Assembly: GCA_051294375.1 (NCBI GenBank)
Contig: CM119270.1
Location: forward strand, 20,293,021 to 20,357,020
Length of the DNA stretch: 64,000 nucleotides
DNA from: Paraspadella gotoi
Lineage: Eukaryota; Animalia; Chaetognatha
Reading direction: 5' to 3'
Made by a program: the position numbers and the translations under genes. How positions within the stretch are numbered: position 1 is the first letter of the stretch; each line of letters opens with the position of its first letter. Below, one piece after another: positions 50,754 to 64,000 of this stretch. The notes under the pieces were generated by a model. That model had not been told where the DNA came from, searched no databases, and saw nothing but the letters and a program-made list of their open reading frames with translations.

Positions 50754-51997
50754 ACTCTCAATCTCTCTCAGACTCGTCTCTGTCTCGCTCTCAATACCGT
50801 CCGTCCTTCATCCTTTCCTTTATCTTCTCCCTCAACTTTTCTTCGTCCCAAAATTTTTGACCCCAACTTTTTTCCTTTTTTTCTATTTTCCTTTCTTTTC
50901 TTTTTTTCTTTTCTTTTTTTGTCTTTTCTCTCCTTTTCTTTTTTTATTTTAAATCTTTCATTTTTTCATCTTTGTCGTTGTTGTGATTTTTTTCCGCGAC
51001 TGCGGAACTCGAAGCAAAAAANNNNNNNNNNNNNNNNNNNNNNNNNNNNNNNNNNNNNNNNNNNNNNNNNNNNNNNNNNNNNNNNNNNNNNNNNNNNNNN
51101 NNNNNNNNNNNNNNNNNNNNNNNNNNNNNNNNNNNNNNNNNNNNNNNNNNNNNNNNNNNNNNNNNNNNNNNNNNNNNNNNNNNNNNNNNNNNNNNNNNNN
51201 NNNNNNNNNNNNNNNNNNNNNNNNNNNNNNNNNNNNNNNNNNNNNNNNNNNNNNNNNNNNNNNNNNNNNNNNNNNNNNNNNNNNNNNNNNNNNNNNNNNN
51301 NNNNNNNNNNNNNNNNNNNNNNNNNNNNNNNNNNNNNNNNNNNNNNNNNNNNNNNNNNNNNNNNNNNNNNNNNNNNNNNNNNNNNNNNNNNNNNNNNNNN
51401 NNNNNNNNNNNNNNNNNNNNNNNNNNNNNNNNNNNNNNNNNNNNNNNNNNNNNNNNNNNNNNNNNNNNNNNNNNNNNNNNNNNNNNNNNNNNNNNNNNNN
51501 NNNNNNNNNNNNNNNNNNNNNNNNNNNNNNNNNNNNNNNNNNNNNNNNNNNNNNNNNNNNNNNNNNNNNNNNNNNNNNNNNNNNNNNNNNNNNNNNNNNN
51601 NNNNNNNNNNNNNNNNNNNNNNNNNNNNNNNNNNNNNNNNNNNNNNNNNNNNNNNNNNNNNNNNNNNNNNNNNNNNNNNNNNNNNNNNNNNNNNNNNNNN
51701 NNNNNNNNNNNNNNNNNNNNNNNNNNNNNNNNNNNNNNNNNNNNNNNNNNNNNNNNNNNNNNNNNNNNNNNNNNNNNNNNNNNNNNNNNGCATAAAAAGA
51801 GTTCATAAGAATTTTGAGGATCGAAAAGAAATAGGAAATCAAAGAAAAATTGAATCGTTTATCTCTCCCCCTCTCCCTCTAACCCCCTCCCCACCCCCCT
51901 TAAATTTCCCCAACCACCCCACCCCTTCCCCTCTATCACCAACTACTCTCCTAATCCACTCCACGCCACGCCCAACCGTCGATTCTAACCCAATAAC

Positions 51998-52037
<40 letters not shown>

Positions 52038-53137
52038 ATCCCGCTTTTATCTCTCGTCGCAACGAATATTTTTTTCCGCAAATCTGTCGCTCGTTCACAG
52101 TGGGAGTCGAGTTAGTAAATAGCCCGTGACAGATTTCATAATTCATGTCAACTTACATTCAATCATGAGTCTTGTATTATCTTATGTATAACATGTAGCT
52201 CGGTTGTATGAAGATCAATGAAATATTGAAATAATAAACATTTTCTACAATCAATTTTAAAAGAGTTTTTTACATTTGCTGATTCTCGGCTAAAATTTTA
52301 ATGATTTGACCCTCAAACGTGAAAAAAAAGGTTATAAAAGTCCAATGATAATTTAATGTGAATTTCACTCACACTTTGGCGTGAATCCTCGAACCTCGAA
52401 TCCTTGAAATCCGTGAAATCCGTGAAGTTTGGAGGAGAAAATTTTAGTTTTATGAACTCATTTCCAGGTTTGATTTCACCATCAACGAATTTTCTCTCTC
52501 TCTCTCTCTCTCTCNNNNNNNNNNNNNNNNNNNNNNNNNNNNNNNNNNNNNNNNNNNNNNNNNNNNNNNNNNNNNNNNNNNNNNNNNNNNNNNNNNNNNN
52601 NNNNNNNNNNNNNNNNNNNNNNNNNNNNNNNNNNNNNNNNNNNNNNNNNNNNNNNNNNNNNNNNNNNNNNNNNNNNNNNNNNNNNNNNNNNNNNNNNNNN
52701 AGAGACCGCCACAAAAAAAAGTGTTGCTAATTCAAACGTTAATAGCTTCTTATTGAGAAAGTTGTGTAAGAAACGATTCTTGGTTATTCATGGGTTTTTG
52801 AAAAGAATCGAATTATGGGATTAAAAGGTAACAGTTATTTAAACAACAACAACAACGACTACTCTCTGAATCAAACAATGGAACCGAGGTACAATCGTCA
52901 TGGCATCGCGTTTCGACCCTAGCAACCCAACGACCGATGGAACAAACTTTTCGGTTCCAATCAGGTTTTTGTTTTGTTTCTAAAAAAAGAATTTTTTTTC
53001 TTTCGTTTTGTTTCGTTGAATGAAATCTTAGGTTCAGATGGATGACCATGAATTTTTTTTTTCTCCTGAGACTTGGAACAATTTTTCGGTCAGCTGTTGG
53101 GGGATGGACTAAAGTGGATGAAAATGAAGACGACGAC

Positions 53138-53169
<32 letters not shown>

Positions 53170-54963
53170 CGACGTCGACAATAACTATGATTTCGTTGCA
53201 GTCAAAGAGAATGAGGAAACGAGGTCAGTACAATAAATGCGGAATATTGGTTCTGCTTATGTTGNNNNNNNNNNNNNNNNNNNNNNNNNNNNNNNNNNNN
53301 NNNNNNNNNNNNNNNNNNNNNNNNNNNNNNNNNNNNNNNNNNNNNNNNNNNNNNNNNNNNNNNNNNNNNNNNNNNNNNNNNNNNNNNNNNNNNNNNNNNN
53401 NNNNNNNNNNNNNNNNNNNNNNNNNNNNNNNNNNNNNTGATCGAGATGAATTCGGCAAGAAAAAATCCATCGCATCCACCAATGATCCGGATTTACAACC
53501 TTCTGGTTCCATTGCATTGCATTCCAGGACAAAGAAGAAGAGAAGGCGAGAGTGAACGACAGACGTTGAACAAAGAGACCGGTCAGATTACCTTGAGACA
53601 GNNNNNNNNNNNNNNNNNNNNNNNNNNNNNNNNNNNNNNNNNNNNNNNNNNNNNNNNNNNNNNNNNNNNNNNNNNNNNNNNNNNNNNNNNNNNNNNNNNN
53701 NNNNNNNNNNNNNNNNNNNNNNNNNNNNNNNNNNNNNNNNNNNNNNNNNNNNNNNNNNNNNNNNNNNAGCCAGACGGGCTCGGATTCGGGTTACCTCTTC
53801 GAATTTCCCTTAATCGCTTTTACGGTGGCACGAGAGTGAATTCTCGTTGGGGAGAGAAAAAAAAAGAGGGAGAAAGGAAAAGAAAGGATAAGAAAAGGAA
53901 AAGAAAAGGAAAAGATAGAGAAAAAAAAGACAGAAAAATAAACTGTTATTCTTTGGAAAATAAATAAAATGTTATGCTTTGGACCTTAAAAGAAATTCTG
54001 TGACAAGAATTAAAATTACTTTAACGTTAAACAACAAAAAAACATAATTTTTACAATATTTATTATGAAAAACAATATATTTTTTTTAAATTAACCCCCC
54101 ACCTCGCCCTCACAAGCTCCTCGTCCTTCTCTCCCTCGTCCGCTCTTCACCTTAAGTCCTTTGTCCGCTTCCTCGAGGCGATTCGCCCGTCTGGTGTCCG
54201 ACTCGACTTTCCTTTGTCCGACTCAAGAGTCACACGTCCTTCGTCCGTTCGTTTCCTTCGCCCGGTGCCACGCGTCTCCTCAACAATTTCTTTGTCAGCT
54301 TCATTCTCCCCCGCGGCCCCCTGAACGTCTGGACACTCTGCCCCTTTGCCCGGCGCCCAACGTCCCTGGCACGCGGCCATCAAAAGCCTTTGCGGCTCAT
54401 TTTTTTACAGCCCGAGGGGATCGGCCCTTCTGTTTGCGTGGATTCCCTTGTACGCAACAAATATCTCTTATGTTTCCGGACGATCAACTAAGTGCAATNN
54501 NNNNNNNNNNNNNNNNNNNNNNNNNNNNNNNNNNNNNNNNNNNNNNNNNNNNNNNNNNNNNNNNNNNNNNNNNNNNNNNNNNNNNNNNNNNNNNNNNNNN
54601 NNNNNNNNNNNNNNNNNNNNNNNNNNNNNNNNNNNNNNNNNNNNNNNNNNNNNTCAAACTTTGCTTTGTTTAAAATTTATTGGTCCGTTTGAAGTCTCTG
54701 AATTCGAACCCTCTCTCTCTCTCTTTCTCCATCGATCTTTCTTTCTCTCTCTCTTTCTCCCTATCTCTCTCTCTATCTTTCCGCTTCTACGACTCCCAAT
54801 CTGTCCCAACGCCGCCACCAGTTTCTGCCTCGCGGCGTCACGTGTTAATCGCACGCAGCGCCACGTGCGTGCGAGTATCGATTACGCGACGGGTCTCACG
54901 TGCGAAGGGAGACCGAGCGACGGTGGGGACGCGAGGCCTGAGTTTCTCTCCTCTCTCTCTCTC

Positions 54964-54995
<32 letters not shown>

Positions 54996-57320
54996 CCTCT
55001 TCTTTCTCTCTCCTCTCCTGGTCTGCGTCTGTCCGTCCTCTCATCTTTGTCATCGCGCGACAAGAAAAAATCAACTTATCTTCTTTTTAAATGTCCGATT
55101 TTTCAATCCAATTTTCGATTTTGAGGCCAAAATTATCGATGTTGCCAAAAAAAAAATTTGAGAAAATCTATATTCGAAAATCAATTTCGCTGAATAATCC
55201 CCCTCTCTCTCTCTCTGTCGTATCTCGCTCCAAACCTTGAAAATAAAAATCCGGCAAAGAAATTTCGTTGCCGGAATAAAAAAATAAATTAATTCAGTTT
55301 TGGTTTTGTGAAAAACTATATAAGATACACAAAAATAAAATTATTAAAAAAATTTGTGAATTGTTTATATCATTCATCAAATTTTTTTATCCGAGACCAG
55401 TTAGATGTTTTCTGACAGAATAGAAAAAAACAAAAAAAAAGAAAAAATTAGAAAATAAATGTTTAAATAATTCGGGGGGAAAATGAATTTGTAACTTTCA
55501 GCTTTTGAATGAGAATGAAATGGCCGCAGCGCAGCGCGGCCAAGGCGGAGGCGGCGTCTACGGTGGCGGGGGGCGTGTTATTGTCACGTCACAAAAGTTT
55601 GTTTCTTTCTTTTTTTATTTTTAAAAAAAAAAAAGGAAAAAGTTAAAATCTACGCATGACGTCTTCTTAGTTCTTTGAATATCATTTGAAACAAAAGCGT
55701 GAATCACTTAGTGAATCACTTAGATGACACTTATGCTTAGTCCAAGCGCCCCCCACACCTCTCCTTCCTATTCTCTGGACATCACTTTCCTTTTCTTGAA
55801 TTTTTTCATAAAAAAATTATTTTTCCTTAAAATTCACCATTATTCTTCTTATCTCATAAAGTTTTTCAATCACAACAAAATTAACGCAAAACTTTCATTT
55901 ATTTTTAATTATCTCTGAATTATGTTAAAAGGAGTTTTAAATTTATTTACTTTCTCACTTTTAGCATTCAAAAATCGAACACCTCAACTTTCTTAATCTC
56001 TACATCCTTAAGCACACCATCAACCTCTCGCGAGCACCATCCATCCAACCGGACGTCGAACACAGGAAAAAAAAAAGAAGGAAAAAAAAATAAAGAAAAA
56101 AAAAAAATTAAAAAACAATTCGCCTTCCTCCTCCTAGTCGTTCTTTCTCACCACATTTTTTTTCTCCTCGCCAACTTCCTTCCTCTATTGCCTTCCCTCA
56201 TCTTCTCTCTCCTCCTCTCTGCTCTCTCCTTCTCCTCTCTCTCTCTCCTGCTCCAACCACTCCTCTCTCTCTCTCATTCTTCATCATTTCGCCGTTTCCA
56301 TCTCATGTTACGTACAGCACGAGTACACGGTTCCTAAATCGCACAAACCTGCCACCCTCCCCTGCGAGGTACAGGTGAGGATGACCGTAAACCCTCAAGT
56401 CCTCGTTCCATGCCCTGACCCTTCTAAGCCTCAGGGGGCCACAGAAGTTGCGGATAAGTCTTCAGCCCACTTAGTCGCCTTACCCCACATATATTAATTA
56501 ATTATTATCATTTAATCGTTGTCTCGTAGTCTAGCTCGATAAACTCAATGCTACGAGCAGGTTAATCGGCTCGTCCCACCGTAACTTCCTAAGCAGCCAC
56601 AGAGCTCGATCCCCGGACCTTAAATAATAAACTTTCCATCGGCTCCAAGAAACATCCTCTCGTCGAATGTTCGGCCTTAATCGTACAGTCATTATTCCAT
56701 GTCAACTTATTACCAGTAAAATTAACTACAAACTATATGAGATAGTAAACTACAATTGCATTATAAGTAAACCAAATCTTACCCCACACTCCAGGCCTCA
56801 GCATAAACCTCACGATCTCTCCACCCTCCTAACTATCTTCCCGTCCCATGGATTGCTCTCTCAGCGAAGTCCATCCTGGCCACAGAGCGCGCCTTCCGGG
56901 CGCCCGCCGAAGAACCAGCCGTCGCCGCCATTGGATCCGTAGCGCCGCTAGAGTTCGCGCGTTTTGACGACCGCCTTTTTCGTCGTCAAGAAGGTCGTCC
57001 GTAACAGACAGCCAGTCGTCCAGGTGAGATCTTTAAAGATTGAACGCGCTGGAAAGGCGCGCCGCTGCAGCTTGAGCGCGGAACGGCAGGCCGCGAGCGC
57101 GCGATGCGGGAAAATGGGCGAGGAGAGAGTATGCAGAGGGAGAGAGAGAAAAAAAAAGAGGATGAGAAGAGATCATGATAAATGGAAGAATCTCGAAGTC
57201 AAGAAAATGAAAAAAAGAAAAGAGATTTTCAATAAAAGCTATGCCATCGGCAACGAAGAAACGTGCTTTTTTAACGACTTGCGTTGCATGAAATAAGATA
57301 TTTCAATTATTTAATTTTAA

Positions 57321-57600
57321 TATGGGGTATTTTAACCAGTATTTTTTTAATTTTTACATTTATTTTTTTCAATTTTATAAATGCGGTTTAACAGTATTTT
57401 TTATTACATTTATTTTTTTTTCCATTTATAGATTGAGGTTTAACATATTTTTTTTTATTTACACTTTTTTTCATTTTATTATGGGGTTTTCAACATATTT
57501 TTTTAATTTTACATTGTATTTTTTTCACTTTTATTATTGGGGTCAACAGTTTTTTATTTATTTACATTTTATTTCTGTGGGTTTAAACAGATTTTTTCTT
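57321..57600. repeat. AT-rich ~50-58-bp minisatellite, ~6 degenerate copies
   Basis: Recurring unit atggggtttaacagtatttttttatttacatttatttttttcattttatt. Confidence 0.75.
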
Positions 57601-58556
57601 TCCTTATATTACATACGATCTCTGATGGATCTGTTGCTTATGAAGTCTTTCATAATTGTTTTACGACTAGCATTGTTTGTTCTATAAAATGCAGATTTTT
57701 TTCTTATCATTAGATTAAAACAAAATAAAAAGTGTGAAAAGCAAAATAATTTAATAGATTTGTCGAAAATTGAGCAATATGAACGTATAAATATAATTAT
57801 AGTATATTTTACTGGTTTATATTTTTCTCTTTCATATTTAATATTAACACTCTTGTTATTTTAATTCCTGAGTTTTGTTATCTGTACCGCTGACAAAGAA
57901 GCAGAAAATATGAAGAGTAAGAAATGCTAGACGCGAACAAAAAATAAAGACGTGGTGAGATGTCAGACTAATGTCAATAGCCGAGAGAGAAAGCGAGCGG
58001 ATAGTTGAAGCGATCTTCGATATGTAGAAGCAGGTGGAGAATTGCGACCCGAGAGGTAATTCGCGTGCGAGAAAACTCGCCGAGCGCTCTCAAAAAGCGC
58101 GTAAAAGTTTGCCGAGATAGTAATCTAAAAAATTATAAAGAAACAAACAGAAAAAAAAAATCGTAACAGTCACATTAAAATACATAACAATTTACATGTT
58201 AAGTATACATATTTGAAAAAAAATTGGATGTTCGAGTTCGAACCGAAACAGTTTATCAACATTATTTTATATCTAAGACAATATAGATAATAAATAAAAC
58301 GAACAAAAAAAGAAATCTACACGTGTTAAAAAAACCCTAAGTAAATTTTTTCACAATTATTAATTTTATATGCTATATGCATTTTATAAATTTGCTTAGT
58401 GACAAAAACACTTTAGCAAAAATCGTAACAAATATTATTTCGAAAAAAACAAAAGGACAAATCACCGAATTTTCTCAATTGAGTCGAAGCGACGACTTAA
58501 ATAGTTTTCTATGAGACGCGAAAAAAAACGCGCAAGACAGACACGATCGCGTTCAT

Positions 58557-58596
<40 letters not shown>

Positions 58597-59247
58597 CTTC
58601 CTCTCTCTTTCTCGTCTCTCTCTCTTCCACTTTCTCCCTTTTTTCGTCACACATGGAATAATTTAACAATTGGCGCGGCTGGAAAACAACCAAGGATGGA
58701 AAAATGTATCACCATGTCATGCACTCATCGATATGAATTATGATGTATCATTATATATGTTAGAAAACTATGGAAATTAATCTAAACTTTTGTCTTTGTA
58801 GCATTCCCCCTTATTTCCAAAAGACAACACACTCCCATCCCAAAATGCCATATTTATTAATATAATATATATTATGCGAATCCCAAATCGCCTCCCGTAT
58901 ATAGCTTGTGAAATCTCAGCTCGTCCCATTGGCTTTGACACGGACAGCTAGTACTCTTTCACAACCGTGATCCGTTCAAGCCCTCAGTCACGCTGGTTAA
59001 AGTGTGATTGGTTGGCATTTAACACGCCAGATATGGCTATGTCCTACAGTCCTAACCCTGGAGCGCCAGCTGGCGGAACCCTCACACCCCTCATCATTAA
59101 TGTCTCCGCATTGCCATAATATAATGTAAATATTCATTTAATAACATTTATAGGAAAAAAAACCCAAAATAATAAGGAAAACATACATAATTGAATTTTC
59201 ACAAGTTAAAAATATGATCAATTCTTTATATTGACCACCCCAAGTGT

Positions 59248-59434
59248 GTTGGGCCAACTCGGATACGTACTCTAATACCGGCTGACCCTGTGAGGACGCC
59301 GTGCAAGAAGACTGAGCGCCCTCCGAGCTCAAATCAGTTTAATATTCGGCCCGCAGTCCCAGACCGTATCGATATTAAGCTGATAAGGAAACAGATAACT
59401 ACACTTTGATCTTAGCCAAAAGGCGAGAAGCGAT
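59248..59434 (-). ncRNA. U2: U2 spliceosomal snRNA (full length, 187 nt, several small indels; gene or pseudogene)
   Basis: The reverse complement reads ATCGCTTCTCG(-)CCTTTTGGCTAAGATCAAAGTGTAGTTATCTGTTTCCTTATCAGCTTAATATCGATACG...ATTAAACTGATTTGAG...GGTATTAGAGTAC...GGCCCAAC. This matches the U2 5' end, the branch-site pairing region (GTGTAGTA), the Sm-site context, stem-loop IV and an invertebrate-type 3' end. Confidence 0.93.
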
Positions 59435-59484
59435 GTGCAACTGCAATTGTTTTAATTTGTTTCTTGTATTAATCCTTATAATCT

Positions 59485-59705
59485 CAACTTACACCGGTAG
59501 AATTAACGGAAGTTTATCAATGATTTAAACCCTGTTAGAAGTATTAATTTTAAAGACAAATATACATTGTTTTCGTTTAAACAAAGTGAATAAATTTAAT
59601 TTCTACAGTTTGATATTAAATACCTATAATAATCGACTTAATAGTTCTAATCTTTCTTGTCAAACATGTCTAAGGACTCCTAAATTTCTATAGCTATATG
59701 CAAAT
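59485..59705 (-). promoter_or_regulatory. Putative snRNA promoter elements upstream of U2 (PSEA-like and octamer)
   Basis: The - strand has TAATTCTACCGGTGTAAGTTG at about -71 to -51, and Drosophila PSEA begins TAATTC near -61. The octamer ATGCAAAT lies at 59698-59705, about -265, a DSE-like position. Confidence 0.35.
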
Positions 59706-62700
59706 TAGCCGGGGCCAACAAACTCGCAAACAAATGACACTTCAACCATTAACATTCGAATCATAAAATAAAACGCAACTTGTAAGTAATTTTTTTTAAT
59801 CCGAAGTGTACATAAACGCAAATGTTTAAAACAAACGATAATAATTAAACAATTTATTTACAATAAATTACATAATATTGAGATGTATATTACATTATCT
59901 ATTTTCGTTAAGATAGCGGCGAAAGGGAAAAAGCGGGCGCGATTCAAAGTTAAGGTCAAACATAAATGGAATGATTGATTCACATGAGTTGATATGAAAT
60001 GATGATGTTTTTGTATCTTTTGTTGTTTGTTTTTTGTAGGAAACAGAAAGACGAACCATGAATCTTGATGATCACTGACCAAATGAACGAAGAAAAATTG
60101 GAGGTAAAACTTTTCTGCGTCAAAACATTCATGCAAGAGACAGAATTATTGAAATTAAAAAAACATGCAAATTGACAGATTTTGTTAAATTTAAAATTGC
60201 AAAATGACATGATACTTATGGGTAGAAAATTGCGCATTACAAATAAATCAAATTGATTGCGTTGAATATTTGTTTTGTTTTGAAAGAAATTAAGCTCAAA
60301 AGCTTGATGAGAGATGAGAAGAGAGAAGAGAACAGAGAGAGAAGAGAAATGAGAAGAGAGAGAGAGAGATATTGCAGAACCCAACAAGAGACCAGATCGT
60401 CACTGAATTTGTCGTCGGTACCAGGGCGCCAAGAACAACAACGAAGAATAACATAAAAATAAGTAAAAATGAAAAAAAAAGCCAAATAAATGAGGAGAAA
60501 TTAAGAGAGACAAGTCAATCTATCTCTTTTAGTAATTATTTTAAAAAAAAAATATGCGAAACAAAACATTACATTGAAAAAGAAAGGAGATTTTAAGCCA
60601 TAAATGCGACGTTAATCCGGTTAACACCAACGTAAACATAATTTAATAGTAAAAAAAAATTATAAAAATATATATAATATAAATCCGTTGTTCTTTTTTC
60701 CTTTGGTTAGTTTTACAACTAGAGAGTACGCGCGTCGAGGAGGCGGATGAATTCGAGTTCTTTCCCTACCGCAGCTGCTCAGACCCGCTACCCGTTGCGC
60801 AGATGCATGCACGCAGCCGCCGCAGCCCGCGACTTGAGATGTTCCTCTCATTTCCTACGTTGACGTTTTTGGTTTTAGTTTCCATGACGAAATTGTAGTT
60901 TCATAGATTTGGAGAGAATTAAAAAAAGGTAATTTTGGGATCTTATTTACCCCAGAACGCCGCATTTCATCTTAAATTTGGCAATTGTCTTTTTTTAGAT
61001 TTAAGTTTAGGATAGCGATATAGGATACGAGTAGGGTTCAGGTTAGCAGTTATAGCGTTTTATACTTAATATTAAAGTTTAATAAGATAAATTTCAAAGG
61101 AAACAGTGAACTTTTCGTTGATATTTTGTATTTCTTCAAAGACTTTGTGAAAAACTCATTTATTCAATGAAATCCCGAAAATATTTTTTTCGTTGTTAAA
61201 TTGTAACAAAATACGATTATACCGAGCCAATCCCATTCTTACACCTTCACTATACGATTCGCCAACTTACCCTTTCAAATTTTTCTTTTCCAGTAGATTT
61301 AATAAAGGTGAAACTTTAAGTCTTAACTTTAGCGGATTATATTGTTGTATTAGTGTTCCTAGAGACGCATACCTTAGTAATATGTTTTTACAATTTTAAG
61401 AAAAAGTGAGGAAACAGATCGAGGCGCTTACGAAAATTTCGTCTTCACCTCAGATGTGAAAAAGCGAGTAGGAGTCCGCCGAAAGCCAGATCTCCGGCGA
61501 CGGTCACACCGGACAAATTCGCCGATATAACTGCCCGAGGCCTTGGGCGCCGCCGCGCCGCCGCGCCGCCGACGCCGCCGCCGCCGACGCCGAATGTCGC
61601 TCGATCGCAAAAGCTTCGCTGCAACTCGAGTCGAATAACCGGATATAGGCTCGCGGCGGTGCGTCGTCGACGGCTCAGTGGTGAAGTACTTCTCGCGATG
61701 GCGAGCCAATAACACGAGTTTGCCACTCGATGCGTTGTCTCAAAAAATTTGAGATATCGCCATGAGGAACAGTTATTAAGATATCTTCTTTATCATACTG
61801 CAACGCTACCCTGGCCCGAACAAATACCGACAATTTGTACCGGTGCTCGCTTTTTCTTTATAGTAACGTGTGATGTGAGAGGGTCCTTCCTCTGCTCCAT
61901 CGGTCTGAAGCTGAGTAGTATCTTTATACGGCTCGTCTCGTCAATATTCTGATGGTAAGGGGGCATGAGTTACTCGCATGGGCGGCTCAAGCTCTTGCTC
62001 GGAGATCATGCGACTTAAAATAGACCCGCAGACGCTTAAAGTACAACGCTATAGAGCAGAACGAGCTCATTGTCTCCGTGTAAAGAAGATCGAAATGAGA
62101 AAATCTTTTTTAAGAACGAAGACACAGTGTGGCAACAACCGATTTTGTTGTTTGCTAGGCAGTGTTAAGTAAAATAAGATAAAGAAGCTGTAGTGTGAGA
62201 TAAAAAAAAAGGACAGGGGTGGAAAGGCAGTCGGCTGTGTAGTTCCCATGTAAAGAAAAGAAAGGATGTGATAAAAAAAAAAAAAAAAAGGTAGTGCTGC
62301 TAATAAGGAGCGGGAAAAACATTTTAAGCTTAAAGTAAAGGAAAGTTAAAATGGTATTTAAATAAACGTTTAATACTAAAGCTGTATCGGAGTCCAAGGG
62401 AGAGGTGTGGGCAGAACGAATCTCACAAAATGTATGTTCGAGGAAGGTAATTCCTGACCAATAGAATTCACAGCAACGGACTTAAAAAACAATATTGGTG
62501 TCGGCTGAGTGTAAAATTTACACGCTCCCCTCCTCTCTCTTTTCTTACCACATCTCTAAAAAGACGAAATAAAAAATTCTTCTTAAAACACCGTCGTAAA
62601 ACGATATTTTTTTACGAAGAAAACGCTTCTTCTTACTTTGCGCACTACATAAATAACGCGCGTTAAAATACTCTTCTCATTCGATGTTATTTCGGCAAGG

Positions 62701-64000
62701 CACTACTACACACTCATCCGAGCGGTTGTCTATTTTTAATACATTGTGATGCCCGCCGCCTCCTCCTCGCTCTCTCGCTTCTCGCAATCTCCCCCACTTC
62801 ATCGCGAGACTGGTCAGGCCCCTCTGACGCTCCCGCGGGTGCATGGACGAGCTTATTAAATATCTTCTTTTATCACAAACAATCTACCGTCACAATTTCT
62901 CTCTCTCCTTCGTTTCTATGCCTTGCTCTATGGCGTCTCCCTCTCTCCATCTCTCCTCTCTCTCTTCTCTAGTACTTTTGATCTTCTCACGTCTCCTTTC
63001 TCTTTCATCTCCTCAACTAGATAACAAGCTCTACGTTAAATTACACACAGCGTGACAAACGCCTGTTCTCGTCGTTTGTAACACAGCACTCATGTCTAGA
63101 AACTCAGACGCGCTTTCTAACTCAGTTACTAACAGGCGCGCAAATCGCTCAGCCCGGATTCTCCTGGTGTTCCAATCATACACACAAAGATAAATACAAA
63201 GACTCTTCAAGAAAGTGACCACCCTGCTGAAGCTCGACAACGCCACTACGCGCTCTCGTTCGTCCAACCTTGTCTAGCATCAGTACGTGACTGCGCGCCC
63301 CCGGCGTTCATACAAAACGAAGTAGTCACGAGCCCAATAAACAGCCGACTTTTCTAAAGTAAAAAGCTTAAATGGAAAAAATGTTTCCCATACACTATAT
63401 CTTCACATCGTCCTGGCAGACGCATCGTCTTCTCATTTTCCAAACGAGTAACACACTACATTACAAAAACAAAGATAATACTCTCGTCGCGCGTCTTCTT
63501 TCTATCGCCAATCGTCTATCAAGAAAGCATGCAAGAACAATCTTCGCGTGCTCTAAAACATCCGGGAGAAAACGATTATTTTGCAACAGCATACAGCGCA
63601 AACGAAATAACCAAAGCGTTATCCTATTAATACTTCTAGTCTAGCGACTAAGAGCGTCCACCTCCCTAGTCCAACAGGTGTATTAAAATTTGCCCGGGGG
63701 GGGGGTGCGCGTTCAATAGCAGGAGGCAGGATTATGTCTTATACAATAATGTGTTCGCTCTTCTGCAAGTCAAAACACAACATAGAATGTGCTCCCTCAT
63801 TCCGGTATCGTTATTTTTTACTGTCTCCTTACCTGCGTCTACTCATCCACAGCTGTCGTGTCTTTAGATTTTGATGTTGTAGCGCTTTTTGGCTCCAGGA
63901 CGCCCTGCGCCGCAAATGCCCCAAACATCTCGCAAAACGAATAAAAACAGTTAGAATACACCAGAAACACTTTTTCTCTGTTAAAAAGATATGAAAACTC

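Noticed and set aside
61445-61726. GC-rich (GCC)n island with NCPRPW, faintly EGF-like
   Set aside because: EGF cysteine spacing is absent, there are no clear splice sites, and the region is noisy.

Overview
Eukaryotic, probably arthropod or other invertebrate, draft-genome window. It is AT-rich, not visibly CpG-depleted, dense in (CT/GA)n, (GTC)n, (TAG)n, (CAT)n and (TTTC)n microsatellites, and broken by many N gaps. The only well-supported protein-coding feature is a + strand exon of a Serrate/Jagged-type Notch ligand (about 5647-6600). It encodes a long low-complexity leader, a signal peptide and most of the MNNL/C2 domain, and ends at a phase-0 GTGAGT donor. Most of the rest looks like intron or intergenic sequence. 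A full-length but indel-bearing U2 snRNA lies on the - strand (59248-59434). Two long segments (about 18.7-34.5 kb and 43.3-47.7 kb) each follow a gap of exactly 25 N and are insertion-riddled copies of neighbouring sequence. They are most likely long-read gap-filling artefacts, and one may hide a garbled next Serrate (C2-end/DSL) exon at about 26.68-26.98 kb. Other leads are a recursive-splice-like site at 1651-1673, a phased YY1/Pho plus GC-box cluster upstream of the exon, and E-box clusters. Nearly all other ORFs in the track are microsatellite or gap translations. I found no convincing evidence for a wholly new biological system. The findings below are leads judged by eye, without any database search.
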